Under the pieces are notes generated by a model. The model was given only the letters and a program-made list of their open reading frames with translations, was not told the DNA's origin and did no database searches. From positions 9,573 to 73,572 of the forward strand of contig DATJFG010000050.1 of the NCBI GenBank assembly GCA_035495775.1: a stretch of 64,000 bases of DNA, read 5' to 3'. Origin of the DNA: Verrucomicrobiia bacterium (GTDB lineage Bacteria; Desulfobacterota; Binatia; UBA9968). Each line of letters begins with the position of its first letter. The first letter of the stretch is position 1. A program made the translations under genes and the position numbers. This document shows, in pieces, positions 9,375 to 19,266 of the stretch.

Positions 9375-9402
9375 TTTACATAACAATATATAGCGGTATA
9401 TT
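9375..9402 (+). promoter_or_regulatory. Candidate sigma70-type promoter for nrdJ (TTTACA - 16 bp - TATATT) overlapping a CAATATATAG palindrome
   Basis: -35-like TTTACA at 9375-9380 and -10-like TATATT at 9397-9402, about 55 nt upstream of nrdJ ATG. The spacer carries a NrdR-box-like core (cAATATATag) but lacks the consensus ACA/TGT flanks. Confidence 0.3.
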
Positions 9403-9456
9403 AAAAGGACTGCCCACAACAGCTAGACTAGGGCAAATTGGAAGGGAGAAGGGGCG

Positions 9457-12225
9457 ATGGCAAAAGCGGCACCGCAGGAGACCCAGGAAAGGCTCGAAAA
9501 GGCCCCCGGAATGGGGCTCAAAATGGAGCGTTTTTTCACTCGAGCGGGGGTCAACCCCTACGACGAGCTTGAGTGGGAAACGCGCACCGCAACCATTCTT
9601 AACGAGAAGGGCAAAGTTGTCTTCGAACAGGCGAATGTCGAGATACCCAAGGCATGGTCGCTCATGGCCACCAATGTGGTCGTCTCGAAATACTTTCGCG
9701 GCCCGCTCGGCAGCCCGCAGCGCGAGCACAGCGTCAAACAGCTCATCGGCCGGATCGTCAATACCGTTACCGGATGGGGACGTAAGGACGGTTATTTCGC
9801 CACCGAGGAAGATGCCCAAACCTTTTCCGACGAGCTCGCCTACATTCTCGTCCATCAGCTGGCCTGCTTCAACAGCCCGGTGTGGTTCAACTGCGGCATC
9901 GAGGAGAAGCCGCAGTGCTCCGCCTGCTTCATTCTCTCGGTCGACGATACGATGGAATCGATCCTCGACTGGTACCGTAAGGAAGGGATTATCTTTAAAG
10001 GCGGCAGCGGTTCCGGCGTCAACCTGTCGAAGATCCGCTCGGCCAAGGAGCAGATGACCGGTGGCGGCACCGCTTCGGGCCCTGTGTCCTTCATGAAGGC
10101 CGCTGATGCGTCGGCCGGCGTCATCAAGTCCGGGGGTAAGACACGCCGCGCCGCCAAGATGGTGATCCTCAACGCCGACCATCCAGACATCGAAGAATTC
10201 GTCAAGTGTAAGGTCGAGGAAGAGAAAAAGGCCTGGGCCTTGATCGATGCCGGTTACGACGCCAGCCTCGACGGGCCCGCCTATGGCAGCGTCTTCTTTC
10301 AGAACGCTAACAATTCGGTGCGTGCGACTGACGAGTTCATGCAGGCGGTGCTCGAAGACCGCGATTGGCAGACGCACTACGTCAAATCCGGCGAGGTGTG
10401 CGATACGTACAAGGCGCGCGATCTGCTTCGCATGATCGCCGACGGCACCTATCTCTGCGGCGATCCCGGCATGCAGTTCGATTCCACGATCAACGACTGG
10501 CATACGTGCGCGAACACCGGCCGGATCAACGGTTCGAACCCGTGCTCGGAGTACATGCATCTCGACAATTCGGCCTGCAATCTCGCGTCGCTCAACCTGC
10601 TCAAGTTTCTCCGCGACGACGGTGGCTTCGACGTCGAGGCGTTCCGCCGCACCGTGGACATCATCATCCTCGCGCAGGACATTCTCGTCGATAATTCGTC
10701 ATATCCAACGCCGGAGATCGCCGCCAACGCGCACGCCTTTCGCGAGCTCGGCATGGGCTATGCCAATCTCGGCGCGCTGCTGATGTCGTTAGGCCTTCCT
10801 TACGATTCCGACGGCGGCCGCGCCTACGCGGCGGCGATCACGGCGCTCATGTCCGGGGAAGGCTATCTCCAGTCGACGCGTGTGGCCGCGACGCTCGAGC
10901 CCTTCGAGGGTTTCCCAGCCAACCGCCAACCGATGCTGCGCGTGTTGGGCAAGCACCGCGGGGCGGCCTACAAGATCTCCTCCTCCCACGTGCCGCTCGA
11001 TCTGCTTTCCGCGGCGCGCGAGGTATGGGACGAGGTCTGTCAGGAGGCCGAGGCGCATGGCATCAAGAACTCGCAGATCTCGGTGCTCGCGCCGACGGGC
11101 ACGATCGCCTTCATGATGGACTGCGACACGACCGGCGTCGAGCCGGACATCGCGCTGGTTAAATATAAGAAGCTCGTCGGCGGCGGGCTCCTGAAGATCG
11201 TCAATCACACCGTCCCGCGCGCGCTCAAACGCCTGGGGTACGACGTCAAGCAGATCCAAGACATCATGGAATACATCGAGGAGCACGAGACGATCGAAGG
11301 CGCGCCGCATGTGCGCGACGACGACCTGCCGGTCTTCGACTGCGCCTTTAAGCCGCAGAACGGCAGCCGCACGATCCATTACATGGGGCACCTAAAGATG
11401 ATGGGCGCCGTCCAGCCGTTTATCTCCGGCGCGATTTCCAAGACGATCAATATGCCTTCGGACGTGACGGTCGAAGAGATTATACAGGCCTACATCGAAG
11501 GGTGGCGTTTGGGCGTCAAGGCCGTTGCGATTTACCGCGACGGTTCAAAGCGGACGCAGCCGCTGAATACCTCCAAGGACGAACCGAAGTCCGTGAAAGG
11601 CGACGTGAAGGAATCGCGGCCGCTCCGGCGCAAGCTTCCCGACGAGCGCCGGTCGATCACCCACAAATTCGATATCGCCGGTCATGAAGGCTACATCACC
11701 GCGGGCATGTACGAAGACGGCCAGCCGGGCGAGATTTTTATCGTGATGTCGAAGGAAGGCTCGACTATCTCCGGCCTCATGGATTCGTTCGCGACCGCTA
11801 TCTCCATCGCGTTGCAATACGGTGTGCCGCTGAAAGCGCTGGTCGACAAGTTCAGCCACATGCGCTTCGAGCCGTCGGGATTCACCAAAAATCCCAATAT
11901 CCCGATCGCCAAGTCGATCATGGATTATCTTTTTCGCTGGCTCGCGACCAAGTTCCTGGATGGCGATGCGCAACAAGAGGCGGGTATCATCAGGGACAAT
12001 GGCGGCGAAGAGAGCGCCGACGCGAAGGCCGAACATAAAGCCGATCACAAAGTGGTACAGTTCTCGGCGGCGCCGCGGGGCGGCGCTCCGGTCGCATCGA
12101 TCAGCAGCGTGACGAGTTTGTACCAGCAGGATGCGCCGCCGTGCCCGGATTGCGGCGCGATCATGATCCGCAGCGGCGCCTGCTACAAGTGCCTGAATTG
12201 CGGCGCCGTGAGCGGCTGCTCATAA
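9457..12225 (+). CDS. nrdJ: Class II (adenosylcobalamin-dependent) ribonucleoside-diphosphate reductase
   Basis: 922 aa. Shows typical class II RNR motifs: active-site NPCSE with C and E, SGGG/GGGTASG. C-terminal Zn-ribbon CPDCG...CYKCLNCG. Alternative start at 9523 (MERFFTRAG). Confidence 0.9.
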   Translation: MAKAAPQETQERLEKAPGMGLKMERFFTRAGVNPYDELEWETRTATILNEKGKVVFEQANVEIPKAWSLMATNVVVSKYFRGPLGSPQREHSVKQLIGRIVNTVTGWGRKDGYFATEEDAQTFSDELAYILVHQLACFNSPVWFNCGIEEKPQCSACFILSVDDTMESILDWYRKEGIIFKGGSGSGVNLSKIRSAKEQMTGGGTASGPVSFMKAADASAGVIKSGGKTRRAAKMVILNADHPDIEEFVKCKVEEEKKAWALIDAGYDASLDGPAYGSVFFQNANNSVRATDEFMQAVLEDRDWQTHYVKSGEVCDTYKARDLLRMIADGTYLCGDPGMQFDSTINDWHTCANTGRINGSNPCSEYMHLDNSACNLASLNLLKFLRDDGGFDVEAFRRTVDIIILAQDILVDNSSYPTPEIAANAHAFRELGMGYANLGALLMSLGLPYDSDGGRAYAAAITALMSGEGYLQSTRVAATLEPFEGFPANRQPMLRVLGKHRGAAYKISSSHVPLDLLSAAREVWDEVCQEAEAHGIKNSQISVLAPTGTIAFMMDCDTTGVEPDIALVKYKKLVGGGLLKIVNHTVPRALKRLGYDVKQIQDIMEYIEEHETIEGAPHVRDDDLPVFDCAFKPQNGSRTIHYMGHLKMMGAVQPFISGAISKTINMPSDVTVEEIIQAYIEGWRLGVKAVAIYRDGSKRTQPLNTSKDEPKSVKGDVKESRPLRRKLPDERRSITHKFDIAGHEGYITAGMYEDGQPGEIFIVMSKEGSTISGLMDSFATAISIALQYGVPLKALVDKFSHMRFEPSGFTKNPNIPIAKSIMDYLFRWLATKFLDGDAQQEAGIIRDNGGEESADAKAEHKADHKVVQFSAAPRGGAPVASISSVTSLYQQDAPPCPDCGAIMIRSGACYKCLNCGAVSGCS

Positions 12226-12252
12226 GACGCGGGGCTAAAAAGTTTTGCTGGG

Positions 12253-12585
12253 ATGGGAGAAGTAAAGTCTTTTTGCACGAAAGCTCTGGCCGCCGCCAAG
12301 CTGTGCACGTATTGCGGCAGGCGGCTCTCAGTATTTGGCGGCCGGTTCGACACCAAAGTTAAGGATTTTCTAGTGCCGCTCGCCAAAGGCGGTGACGATA
12401 GCCCCGAGAACACGGTCGCCAGCTGCAAGGAATGCCAGTTTTTAAAGGGCGATTACTTGAATTACGCCCTGCTGCCGATGAGCCGCACGAGACTTCTCGG
12501 AGATGTGCGAAGGTATCTCGCCGAGATACGCCAGCTCGTCGGCAGCCGCAACTCGCTCATCGACCTCCCCGGCTCGCGCAGATAA
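12253..12585 (+). CDS. Small HNH-endonuclease-like protein with substituted catalytic His (D-F instead of D-H)
   Basis: 110 aa. Matches the HNH pattern around DFLVPLAKGGDDSPENTVASCKECQFLKGD. Here the general-base His is replaced by Phe, and the final His/Asn of the motif by Gln. Lies 27 bp downstream of nrdJ. Confidence 0.45.
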   Translation: MGEVKSFCTKALAAAKLCTYCGRRLSVFGGRFDTKVKDFLVPLAKGGDDSPENTVASCKECQFLKGDYLNYALLPMSRTRLLGDVRRYLAEIRQLVGSRNSLIDLPGSRR

Positions 12586-12613
12586 AACTCCACGCAGCTC
12601 CGACTCACGGAAT

Positions 12614-13207
12614 CTACTTTTTCTGGAGATTCAGCAGGCCCGCCCGACTGTCGATGTCGAGGCGGAACTCATTCAAAAAATTTAACCCCAGCAGCCCGGC
12701 TATCCCGGGATCGGGAAAGACATCGTGGACGGCCACGGTTACATCTTTGAGCTCAAGGCCGCCGACTTGCAGGGAGCGAACGGTGGCGAGCGGCGCCTGA
12801 ATGATGCCGTTGGCCGTGTGGAATGATAGCACCGTCGGATTATCGGGCATCTGTATCCCGGCTTGTTGCGCCGCCGCTGGCGAAATCGTCGTATAACTTG
12901 CGCCCGTATCGAGAACGAAGCTCAATGCGGTTTTCCCATTGAGAATTGCATTGACCACCATGAGATCGCCGCGTCGTTGAAACTGGACCGCGGCTTTGTC
13001 GGACGGCGGCGGGGCGGGGCGGGCTTCGGCGCTTCGGATACGCGTCGCCTGTGAGCGGAACTGCTCTGGAATTTCCCCGAGGCCGTTGGTGAGATGAACG
13101 ACGCCCTGCTCGTCGGTCCAGCGGTACATCTCCAGAACCTGGGCATTCGCCGCCGAAACCAGCGAAGCAAGCGCTAGCGCCGCCCAAAGCATTCCCAAGC
13201 GGTTCAT
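12614..13207 (-). CDS. Secreted retropepsin-like aspartic protease with N-terminal DUF4124-like region
   Basis: 197 aa with signal peptide. Contains YRWTDEQGVVHLTN (DUF4124-like) and VLDTGAS (aspartyl protease D-T/S-G-A motif). Confidence 0.65.
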   Translation of the reverse strand: MNRLGMLWAALALASLVSAANAQVLEMYRWTDEQGVVHLTNGLGEIPEQFRSQATRIRSAEARPAPPPSDKAAVQFQRRGDLMVVNAILNGKTALSFVLDTGASYTTISPAAAQQAGIQMPDNPTVLSFHTANGIIQAPLATVRSLQVGGLELKDVTVAVHDVFPDPGIAGLLGLNFLNEFRLDIDSRAGLLNLQKK

Positions 13208-13330
13208 GGGCGCTAGCCTAGCATAAAGGCCGGCAGGTACGAAACGCCGCGGCGCGCTTTACAACCCAGCATCGGTATGTTAAAAATGTATCAACTAAAT
13301 CAAGAAAGAGAGATGATGAACGGAGGACAG

Positions 13331-13600
13331 ATGGGGATTGCTCAGCCCGAAAGAAAAGGTCTCATTGAGCAGTTCAGAGTCCATCAGAACGATACTGGCT
13401 CGCCAGAAGTTCAGGTGGCGCTGCTGAGCCAGCGCATCGATCACCTCACGGAGCACTTCAAGGTCCACGTGAAGGACCACCATTCCCGCCGCGGTCTTTT
13501 AAAGCTCGTCGGACAGCGGAGACGGCTTCTCGACTATCTCAGGAAAAATAATTACGAGAGATACCGAAGCCTCATCCAACGGCTGGGCATCCGTAAGTAG
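13331..13600 (+). CDS. rpsO: 30S ribosomal protein S15
   Basis: 89 aa from ATG 13331 with GGAGGA Shine-Dalgarno. Alignable end-to-end with S15 ([29 protein letters not shown]). The track ORF start at 13277 is an upstream in-frame extension. Confidence 0.9.
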   Translation: MGIAQPERKGLIEQFRVHQNDTGSPEVQVALLSQRIDHLTEHFKVHVKDHHSRRGLLKLVGQRRRLLDYLRKNNYERYRSLIQRLGIRK

Positions 13601-13603
13601 TGC

Positions 13604-13645
13604 TGCGGGCTGACGTTTCGTCCCGTCCTGGTCTTCTGATTTCCT
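13604..13645 (+). terminator. Weak stem-loop plus T-rich tract between rpsO and pnp (possible attenuator or processing site)
   Basis: GGGCTGACGTTTCGTCCC followed by tggtcTTcTgaTTTccTT. The stem is imperfect. rpsO-pnp junctions classically carry such structures. Confidence 0.2.
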
Positions 13646-13669
13646 TCCGTTCATTCAAAGGGTTCATTC

Positions 13670-15760
13670 ATGGTTAAAAAAATAGAAGTTGAATTCCACG
13701 GCCGTCCCTTATCGATTGAGGTCGGCCGGTTGGCGAAGCAGGCCGACGGCGCCGCGCTGGTGCGATACGGCGAAACCGTGGTGCTCGTCACCGCCGTCGC
13801 CGCCAAAGAGCTTAGGGCGGAGGCGGACTTTTTTCCACTGACGGTCGATTACCAGGAGCGGACCTTCGCAGCCGGAAAGATTCCGGGCGGTTTTTTTAAA
13901 CGGGAAGGGCGGCCTTCGGAAAAGGAAATCCTCACCTGCCGTCTCATCGACCGCTCCATCCGTCCGCTCTTTGCCGGCGGTCTGCGCTGCGAAACCCAAA
14001 TCATCGCCACGGTGCTCTCCGCCGATCGCGAAAACGACCCCGACGTCGTCGCGATGCTCGGAACTTCCGTCGCTCTCGAAGTGTCCGACATTCCTTTTCA
14101 CGGCCCGCTCGCCGGGGTGCGCATCGGGCGCGTGAACCGGCAATGGGTCATCAACCCGACGCAGAGTCAGCTGCAGGAAAGCGACGTGGACATCTTTCTC
14201 TCCGGCAGCCGCGACGCGATCGTGATGGTCGAAGGCGGCGCGCGCATCGTTCCCGAAGACGAGATTCTCGAAGCGCTTTTCAAAGGACACGAGGCGATCC
14301 AGCCGCTGCTCGACTATCAGGAGGAGATCAAACGCGCCGTTGGCAAGACCAAACGCCAGGTTCCCCTTATCGAGCCGGACAAGAACCTGCTCCAGAGCAT
14401 CGAAGGGCTCGCCCGCGACAAGATCATGGGCGCGATCGCCATCGGCGAGAAGCTCGAGCGCTACAAACGCTTGGACGAAGTCAAGCGCGAGGTCATCGAG
14501 CAGGCGGCTCAGCAGTTTCCCGAGCGGGAAAAGGACATCAAGTCGAGCTTCGATGAGCTCAAAAAGAAGTATTTCCGACACCAAATCGTGAACGACGGTC
14601 GGCGCATCGACGGCCGCGGCCTCAAGGATATACGGCCGATCACCTGCGAGGTCGAGATCCTGCCGCGCACGCACGGCTCGGCGCTCTTCACGCGCGGCGA
14701 GACGCAGGCGCTTGTCATCACGACGCTGGGCACGACCTCCGACGAGCAGAAGATCGACGCGCTCATCGGCGAGCACTACAAGAAATTCATGCTGCATTAC
14801 AATTTCCCGCCGTTCAGCGTGGGCGAGGTCAAATTCCTGCGCGGACCCAGCCGGCGCGACATCGGCCATGGCAATCTGGCGGAGCGCGCTCTCATCCCCG
14901 TGCTGCCGCCGGAAGAAGACTTCCCGTACACGATACGCATCGTCTCGGAGGTGCTCGAGTCCAACGGCTCGACTTCCATGGCGACGGTCTGTGGCGGCTC
15001 GCTCTCGCTGATGGACGGCGGCGTGCCGACACGCGCCCCGGTCGCCGGCATCGCGATGGGACTCATCAAAGAAGGGGATCAGGTACGCGTTCTCTCCGAC
15101 ATCCTGGGCGACGAGGACCATTTGGGCGATATGGACTTCAAAGTCGCCGGGACCCGCGACGGCGTCACCTCGCTGCAGATGGATATCAAGATCTCGGGCG
15201 TTACGCGCGAGGTCATGCGCGACGCGGTGTATCAGGCGAGAGAGGGCAGGATCCACATTCTTAACATCATGAATCAGACGATCTCCCAGCCGCGCGGCGA
15301 GCTTTCCGGCCATGCGCCTCGGATCATCACGCTCAAGGTTCGGCCGGAAAAGATTCGCGAGATCATCGGTCCCGGAGGCAAAGTCATTCGCGGCATCGTC
15401 GAGGAGACCGGCGTCAAAATAGACGTCGAGGACGACGGCACCGTCATGATCGCATCCAACGACGAAGCGGCGAGCCGCCGCGCCGTCGAGATGGTCCAGC
15501 GCATCACCGCCGAGCCGGAGGTCGGCAAGATCTATCGCGGCACGGTCAGAAAAATCATGGACTTCGGCGCCTTCGTCGAGATCCTGCCCGGGACGGACGG
15601 TCTCGTGCACATCTCACAGCTCTCCCCCGAGCGGGTGCGCCGCGTGACCGACGTGCTCAACGAGGGCGACGAGGTCATGGTGAAAGTCCTTGAGATCGAC
15701 AAGCAGGGAAAGATCAGACTCAGCCGAAAAGAGGCTCTGGAAGAAGCAAACGCCAAGTAA
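13670..15760 (+). CDS. pnp: Polynucleotide phosphorylase (polyribonucleotide nucleotidyltransferase)
   Basis: 696 aa with two RNase PH domains, KH and S1 ([15 protein letters not shown]). Conserved rpsO-pnp synteny. Confidence 0.95.
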   Translation: MVKKIEVEFHGRPLSIEVGRLAKQADGAALVRYGETVVLVTAVAAKELRAEADFFPLTVDYQERTFAAGKIPGGFFKREGRPSEKEILTCRLIDRSIRPLFAGGLRCETQIIATVLSADRENDPDVVAMLGTSVALEVSDIPFHGPLAGVRIGRVNRQWVINPTQSQLQESDVDIFLSGSRDAIVMVEGGARIVPEDEILEALFKGHEAIQPLLDYQEEIKRAVGKTKRQVPLIEPDKNLLQSIEGLARDKIMGAIAIGEKLERYKRLDEVKREVIEQAAQQFPEREKDIKSSFDELKKKYFRHQIVNDGRRIDGRGLKDIRPITCEVEILPRTHGSALFTRGETQALVITTLGTTSDEQKIDALIGEHYKKFMLHYNFPPFSVGEVKFLRGPSRRDIGHGNLAERALIPVLPPEEDFPYTIRIVSEVLESNGSTSMATVCGGSLSLMDGGVPTRAPVAGIAMGLIKEGDQVRVLSDILGDEDHLGDMDFKVAGTRDGVTSLQMDIKISGVTREVMRDAVYQAREGRIHILNIMNQTISQPRGELSGHAPRIITLKVRPEKIREIIGPGGKVIRGIVEETGVKIDVEDDGTVMIASNDEAASRRAVEMVQRITAEPEVGKIYRGTVRKIMDFGAFVEILPGTDGLVHISQLSPERVRRVTDVLNEGDEVMVKVLEIDKQGKIRLSRKEALEEANAK

Positions 15761-15787
15761 CCAGCGTCCTCGATTCTAAGCCCATCC

Positions 15788-17056
15788 GTGTTTAAAAAGA
15801 CCGTTCTCGACAACGGCATCCGGGTTGTGTCCCGCGAGATGCCCGACACGCGCTCCGTGAGTCTCGGCATCTGGGTCGAGAACGGCTCGCGCCATGAGAC
15901 GAAGCCGCAAAACGGCATTTCGCATTTCATCGAACACCTGTTCTTCAAAGGGACCGAGAAGAGGAGCGCCGCGCGCATCGCCGAGGAGATGGACTCCGTC
16001 GGCGGCGTGCTGAACGCCTTCACGGCGAAAGAATACACCTGCTATTACGCCAAGGTGCTGGACGAGAACCTGCCGCTCGCCGTCGATCTTTTGTCCGACA
16101 TCTTCCTCCACTCCGTTTTCGATCCCGAGGAGATTGAGCGCGAGCGCCAGGTGATCCTCCAGGAAATCTCGCAGTCCGAGGATACGCCCGACGATCACGT
16201 TCACGATCTTTTCAATCTTGACTTTTTTTCCGACCATCCGCTCGGCCGGCCCATCTGCGGCGACGCCGAAACCGTGAAAAGTCTCGGTCGCGAAGACATC
16301 GTCGGCTTTATCAGGGACCGATATCTTCCCGGCAGCGTCGTCGTCGCCGCCGCCGGGCATTTGAGTCACGATTCGCTCGTGGACGCGATCGCCGGCGGCC
16401 TCGGCGGCATCGCGAATTCGAGCCATTCCCCGCAGGACTTCGAAATTCTGCCGCCGCAGTTGCGAAGCGGAGCTTTTCAGCACGCCAAGACGCTCGAGCA
16501 GGCGCATCTCTGCTTCGGCGTCGCAGCCGTCCATCAATCCGATCCCCGGCGTTACGTCGCCTATGTTATGAATACGCTTTTAGGCGGCGGCATGAGCTCG
16601 CGACTCTTCCAAGAGATTCGGGAGAAGCGCGGCCGGGTATATTCCGTTTATTCTTTTCTTTCATCTTACCGCGACGTGGGATATCTCGGCGTTTACGCCG
16701 GCACGAGTTTGGAATGGGCCGAAGAGGTCGTGGAACTCGTCGTCAAAGAACTCAAAAAGCTCGCCGCCGGCGATATCGGAGCCGATGAGATCGCCCGCAC
16801 GAAGAATCAGCTCGTCGGCAACATGATCTTAGGGCTCGAAAGCTCGGATTCGTGGATGAGCCACATCGCGAAAGATGAAATTTATTTCGGTCACGCGATT
16901 TCGCTCGAAGAGATTATCCGCGATGTCCGCGCGGTGACGCTTGACGGGGTGGTCGCGCTCGCCAAGGCGATTCTCCGCCCCGACGCGATGGCGCTCACGC
17001 TCCTTGCCGATGTAGAGAAAAAAAAGCTGGACCTCAACCGCTCATTTGGAGTATGA
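15788..17056 (+). CDS. M16-family zinc metallopeptidase (insulinase-like)
   Basis: 422 aa with inverted zincin motif HFIEHLFFKGT. GTG start. Common pnp-M16 synteny. Confidence 0.85.
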   Translation: MFKKTVLDNGIRVVSREMPDTRSVSLGIWVENGSRHETKPQNGISHFIEHLFFKGTEKRSAARIAEEMDSVGGVLNAFTAKEYTCYYAKVLDENLPLAVDLLSDIFLHSVFDPEEIERERQVILQEISQSEDTPDDHVHDLFNLDFFSDHPLGRPICGDAETVKSLGREDIVGFIRDRYLPGSVVVAAAGHLSHDSLVDAIAGGLGGIANSSHSPQDFEILPPQLRSGAFQHAKTLEQAHLCFGVAAVHQSDPRRYVAYVMNTLLGGGMSSRLFQEIREKRGRVYSVYSFLSSYRDVGYLGVYAGTSLEWAEEVVELVVKELKKLAAGDIGADEIARTKNQLVGNMILGLESSDSWMSHIAKDEIYFGHAISLEEIIRDVRAVTLDGVVALAKAILRPDAMALTLLADVEKKKLDLNRSFGV

Positions 17057-17122
17057 GTTTTTATTCTAGCTCGACGTTTCTGTCCTGAAATTTCGAATTG
17101 GAAGCGAAATTCCTTCTTTCAC

Positions 17123-17578
17123 ATGGAAGAGGTTCGAATCCAGATCAAGCGCGTGCGCGATAGGGCACGAGAGCTTCCGCTTCCCGAATATATGACCGCT
17201 GGGTCCGCCGGAATGGATCTCGCGGCGGATATCGATGAAGATTTAAATCTCCAGCCGCTCGAGCGGGCGCTGATTCCGACGGGCGTGGCGATCGCGCTCC
17301 CGCACGGCGTTGAGGCGCAGATCCGGCCGCGGAGCGGGCTTGCGCTTCGGAACGGTTTAACGCTGGTGAACAGCCCGGGGACCATCGACGCGGACTATCG
17401 CGGCGAGATTCAACTGATCGCCATCAATTTGGGCCGCGATCCCATCGTCATTCACCGCGGCCAACGCGTCGCGCAGATGATCGTACAGCGCGTCTGCAAA
17501 GCCAAGTGGCAGGAAGTCGAAGATCTGCCCGGCTCCGAGCGGCAAGAAGGCGGGTTCGGCCACACGGACAAAAAATAA
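17123..17578 (+). CDS. dut: dUTP diphosphatase
   Basis: 151 aa with dUTPase motifs ([21 protein letters not shown]-terminal GFGHT). Confidence 0.9.
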   Translation: MEEVRIQIKRVRDRARELPLPEYMTAGSAGMDLAADIDEDLNLQPLERALIPTGVAIALPHGVEAQIRPRSGLALRNGLTLVNSPGTIDADYRGEIQLIAINLGRDPIVIHRGQRVAQMIVQRVCKAKWQEVEDLPGSERQEGGFGHTDKK

Positions 17579-17646
17579 TTTGAATCTTGATGTTGGAATT
17601 TTAAATCAAAACTAAAAATTCATAATTCAAAATTGGGATTCAGCCC

Positions 17647-18939
17647 TTGATTGCTCGATACACCAGGCCTGAGATGGGCCGCATCTGGACCGAGGAAAAC
17701 CAGTTCCAAAAATGGCTCGAAGTCGAGATCCTCGCGACCGAAGCGCTTGGACAATTGGGCGTCGTCCCCAAAGAAGCGGGGACGCGGATCCGCAAAAAGG
17801 CGCGCTTCGACGTCAAGCGCATTCGCGAGATCGAGCGCGAGGTCAAGCATGAGACGATCGCCTTCTTGAGCTCGGTCGCGGAATACGTCGGCGACGATGC
17901 CCGCTATCTCCACGTGGGCATGACATCGTCAGACGTGATGGACACCGCCTTCGCTCTACAGCTCAAGGAAGCCTCGAAGATCTTGATCGACGACGTGAAA
18001 GATATGATCCAGGTCCTGCGTAAGCAGGCTTTGAAATACAAGAACACCCCGATGATCGGCCGCACCCACGGCGTGCACGCCGAGCCGATCACCTTCGGCC
18101 TCAAGTTCGCCCTGTGGCATGAGGAGATGCGGCGCAATCTCGACCGCCTCGAGAAAGCCGCCGCCGACGTCGCGGTCGGGAAGATTTCCGGCGCCGTCGG
18201 CACGTTCGCCCAAATCTCGCCCAAGGTCGAGGCCTACGTCTGCAGGAAAGCCGGTCTCCAACCGGCGGCCGTTTCCAATCAGATCATCCAGCGCGACCGG
18301 CACGCGTTTCTTTTCGCGACCCTCGCCGTAATCGCGAGCTCGCTCGAGAAATTCGCCGTCGAGGTGCGCCACCTACAGCGCACGGAAGTCCAGGAAGCCG
18401 AAGAGCCCTTCACTGCCGGCCAGAAAGGCTCGTCGGCGATGCCGCACAAGCGCAACCCAATCCTTTCTGAAAACGTCGCCGGTCTCGCCCGCCTCATGCG
18501 ATCATACGCTTTGGCGGCGATGGAGAACGTCGCTCTGTGGCACGAGCGCGATATCAGCCATTCATCGGTCGAGCGCGTGATCGCGCCGGACGCGACGATC
18601 CTGCTCGACTTCATGCTGCGGCGCTTGAGCTACGTGCTCGGAAACCTTGCGGTCTATCCCGAGAACATGCGCCGGAATCTCGAGAAGAGCGGCGGCGCGA
18701 TCTTCTCCGAACGCATTCTTTTGAAACTCGTCGGCAAGGGGCTCGCGCGCGACCAGGCCTATCGCATGGTTCAGCGCCACGCCCTTAAGGCGGGCAAGCA
18801 GGGGGGCGAGCTCAAACGCGAGTTGTTGGGGGACCCCGAGATCCGCCACTATCTTTCGGCGGCAGATATCGAAGACGCCCTCGATTTGAAACATTATCTT
18901 AAAAACGTCGACGCGATCTTCAGGCGGGTCTTTCATTGA
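17647..18939 (+). CDS. purB: Adenylosuccinate lyase
   Basis: 430 aa. N-terminus MIARYTRPEMGRIW and fumarate-lyase signature GSSAMPHKRNP. TTG start. Confidence 0.9.
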   Translation: MIARYTRPEMGRIWTEENQFQKWLEVEILATEALGQLGVVPKEAGTRIRKKARFDVKRIREIEREVKHETIAFLSSVAEYVGDDARYLHVGMTSSDVMDTAFALQLKEASKILIDDVKDMIQVLRKQALKYKNTPMIGRTHGVHAEPITFGLKFALWHEEMRRNLDRLEKAAADVAVGKISGAVGTFAQISPKVEAYVCRKAGLQPAAVSNQIIQRDRHAFLFATLAVIASSLEKFAVEVRHLQRTEVQEAEEPFTAGQKGSSAMPHKRNPILSENVAGLARLMRSYALAAMENVALWHERDISHSSVERVIAPDATILLDFMLRRLSYVLGNLAVYPENMRRNLEKSGGAIFSERILLKLVGKGLARDQAYRMVQRHALKAGKQGGELKRELLGDPEIRHYLSAADIEDALDLKHYLKNVDAIFRRVFH

Positions 18940-18945
18940 GCGATT

Positions 18946-19185
18946 ATGCGCGCTAAAATTTTTATCTCCTTCAAGAATGGCGTATTGGATCCCCAAGGCA
19001 AGGCGGTCGAGCGGTCGCTGCACACGCTCGGCTATCAGGAGGTCCGGGACGTGCGGATGGGGAAATATTTGGAAATCGAGCTCGAGGCCGCGTCGCGCGA
19101 GGCCGCCGAGTCGCGGCTCCGCGAGATGTGCGATAAGCTGCTCGCTAACCCCGTGATCGAGGATTACCGGTTTGAAATCGAATAA
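18946..19185 (+). CDS. purS: Phosphoribosylformylglycinamidine synthase subunit PurS
   Basis: 79 aa with PurS family similarity. Sits between purB and purQ. Confidence 0.9.
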   Translation: MRAKIFISFKNGVLDPQGKAVERSLHTLGYQEVRDVRMGKYLEIELEAASREAAESRLREMCDKLLANPVIEDYRFEIE

Positions 19186-19266
19186 AAAACTTTTGGATTT
19201 GGGTCTCCGGATTTCGTTTTCAGACTCGAAAGTCCAAACGCCAAAGTCGAAACTCGGGATTTGTTT

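Noticed and set aside
9169-9456. Cobalamin riboswitch upstream of nrdJ
   Set aside because: No B12-box-like conserved core or multi-stem architecture was recognised. A B12 riboswitch would also be unexpected on a B12-dependent RNR.
13709-15610. 633-aa antisense ORF opposite pnp, and similar long antisense ORFs elsewhere
   Set aside because: Other examples are 9376-10560, 15776-16537, 18562-19536, 19980-21275, 34517-36262, 37282-38454, 41282-42256, 46500-47399, 48300-49082, 49465-50421, 53655-54611 and 61627-62940. All are Arg/Ala/Asp-rich with no domain signatures. All are fully nested opposite well-supported genes. This is the typical open-frame artefact of high-GC DNA.
17126-17150. Exact tRNA T-loop-like motif GGTTCGAATCC
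   Set aside because: It lies inside the dut reading frame (MEEVRIQIK). The flanking bases cannot form a T-stem (GAGG ... CCAG), and no acceptor, D or anticodon arms or CCA end are present.
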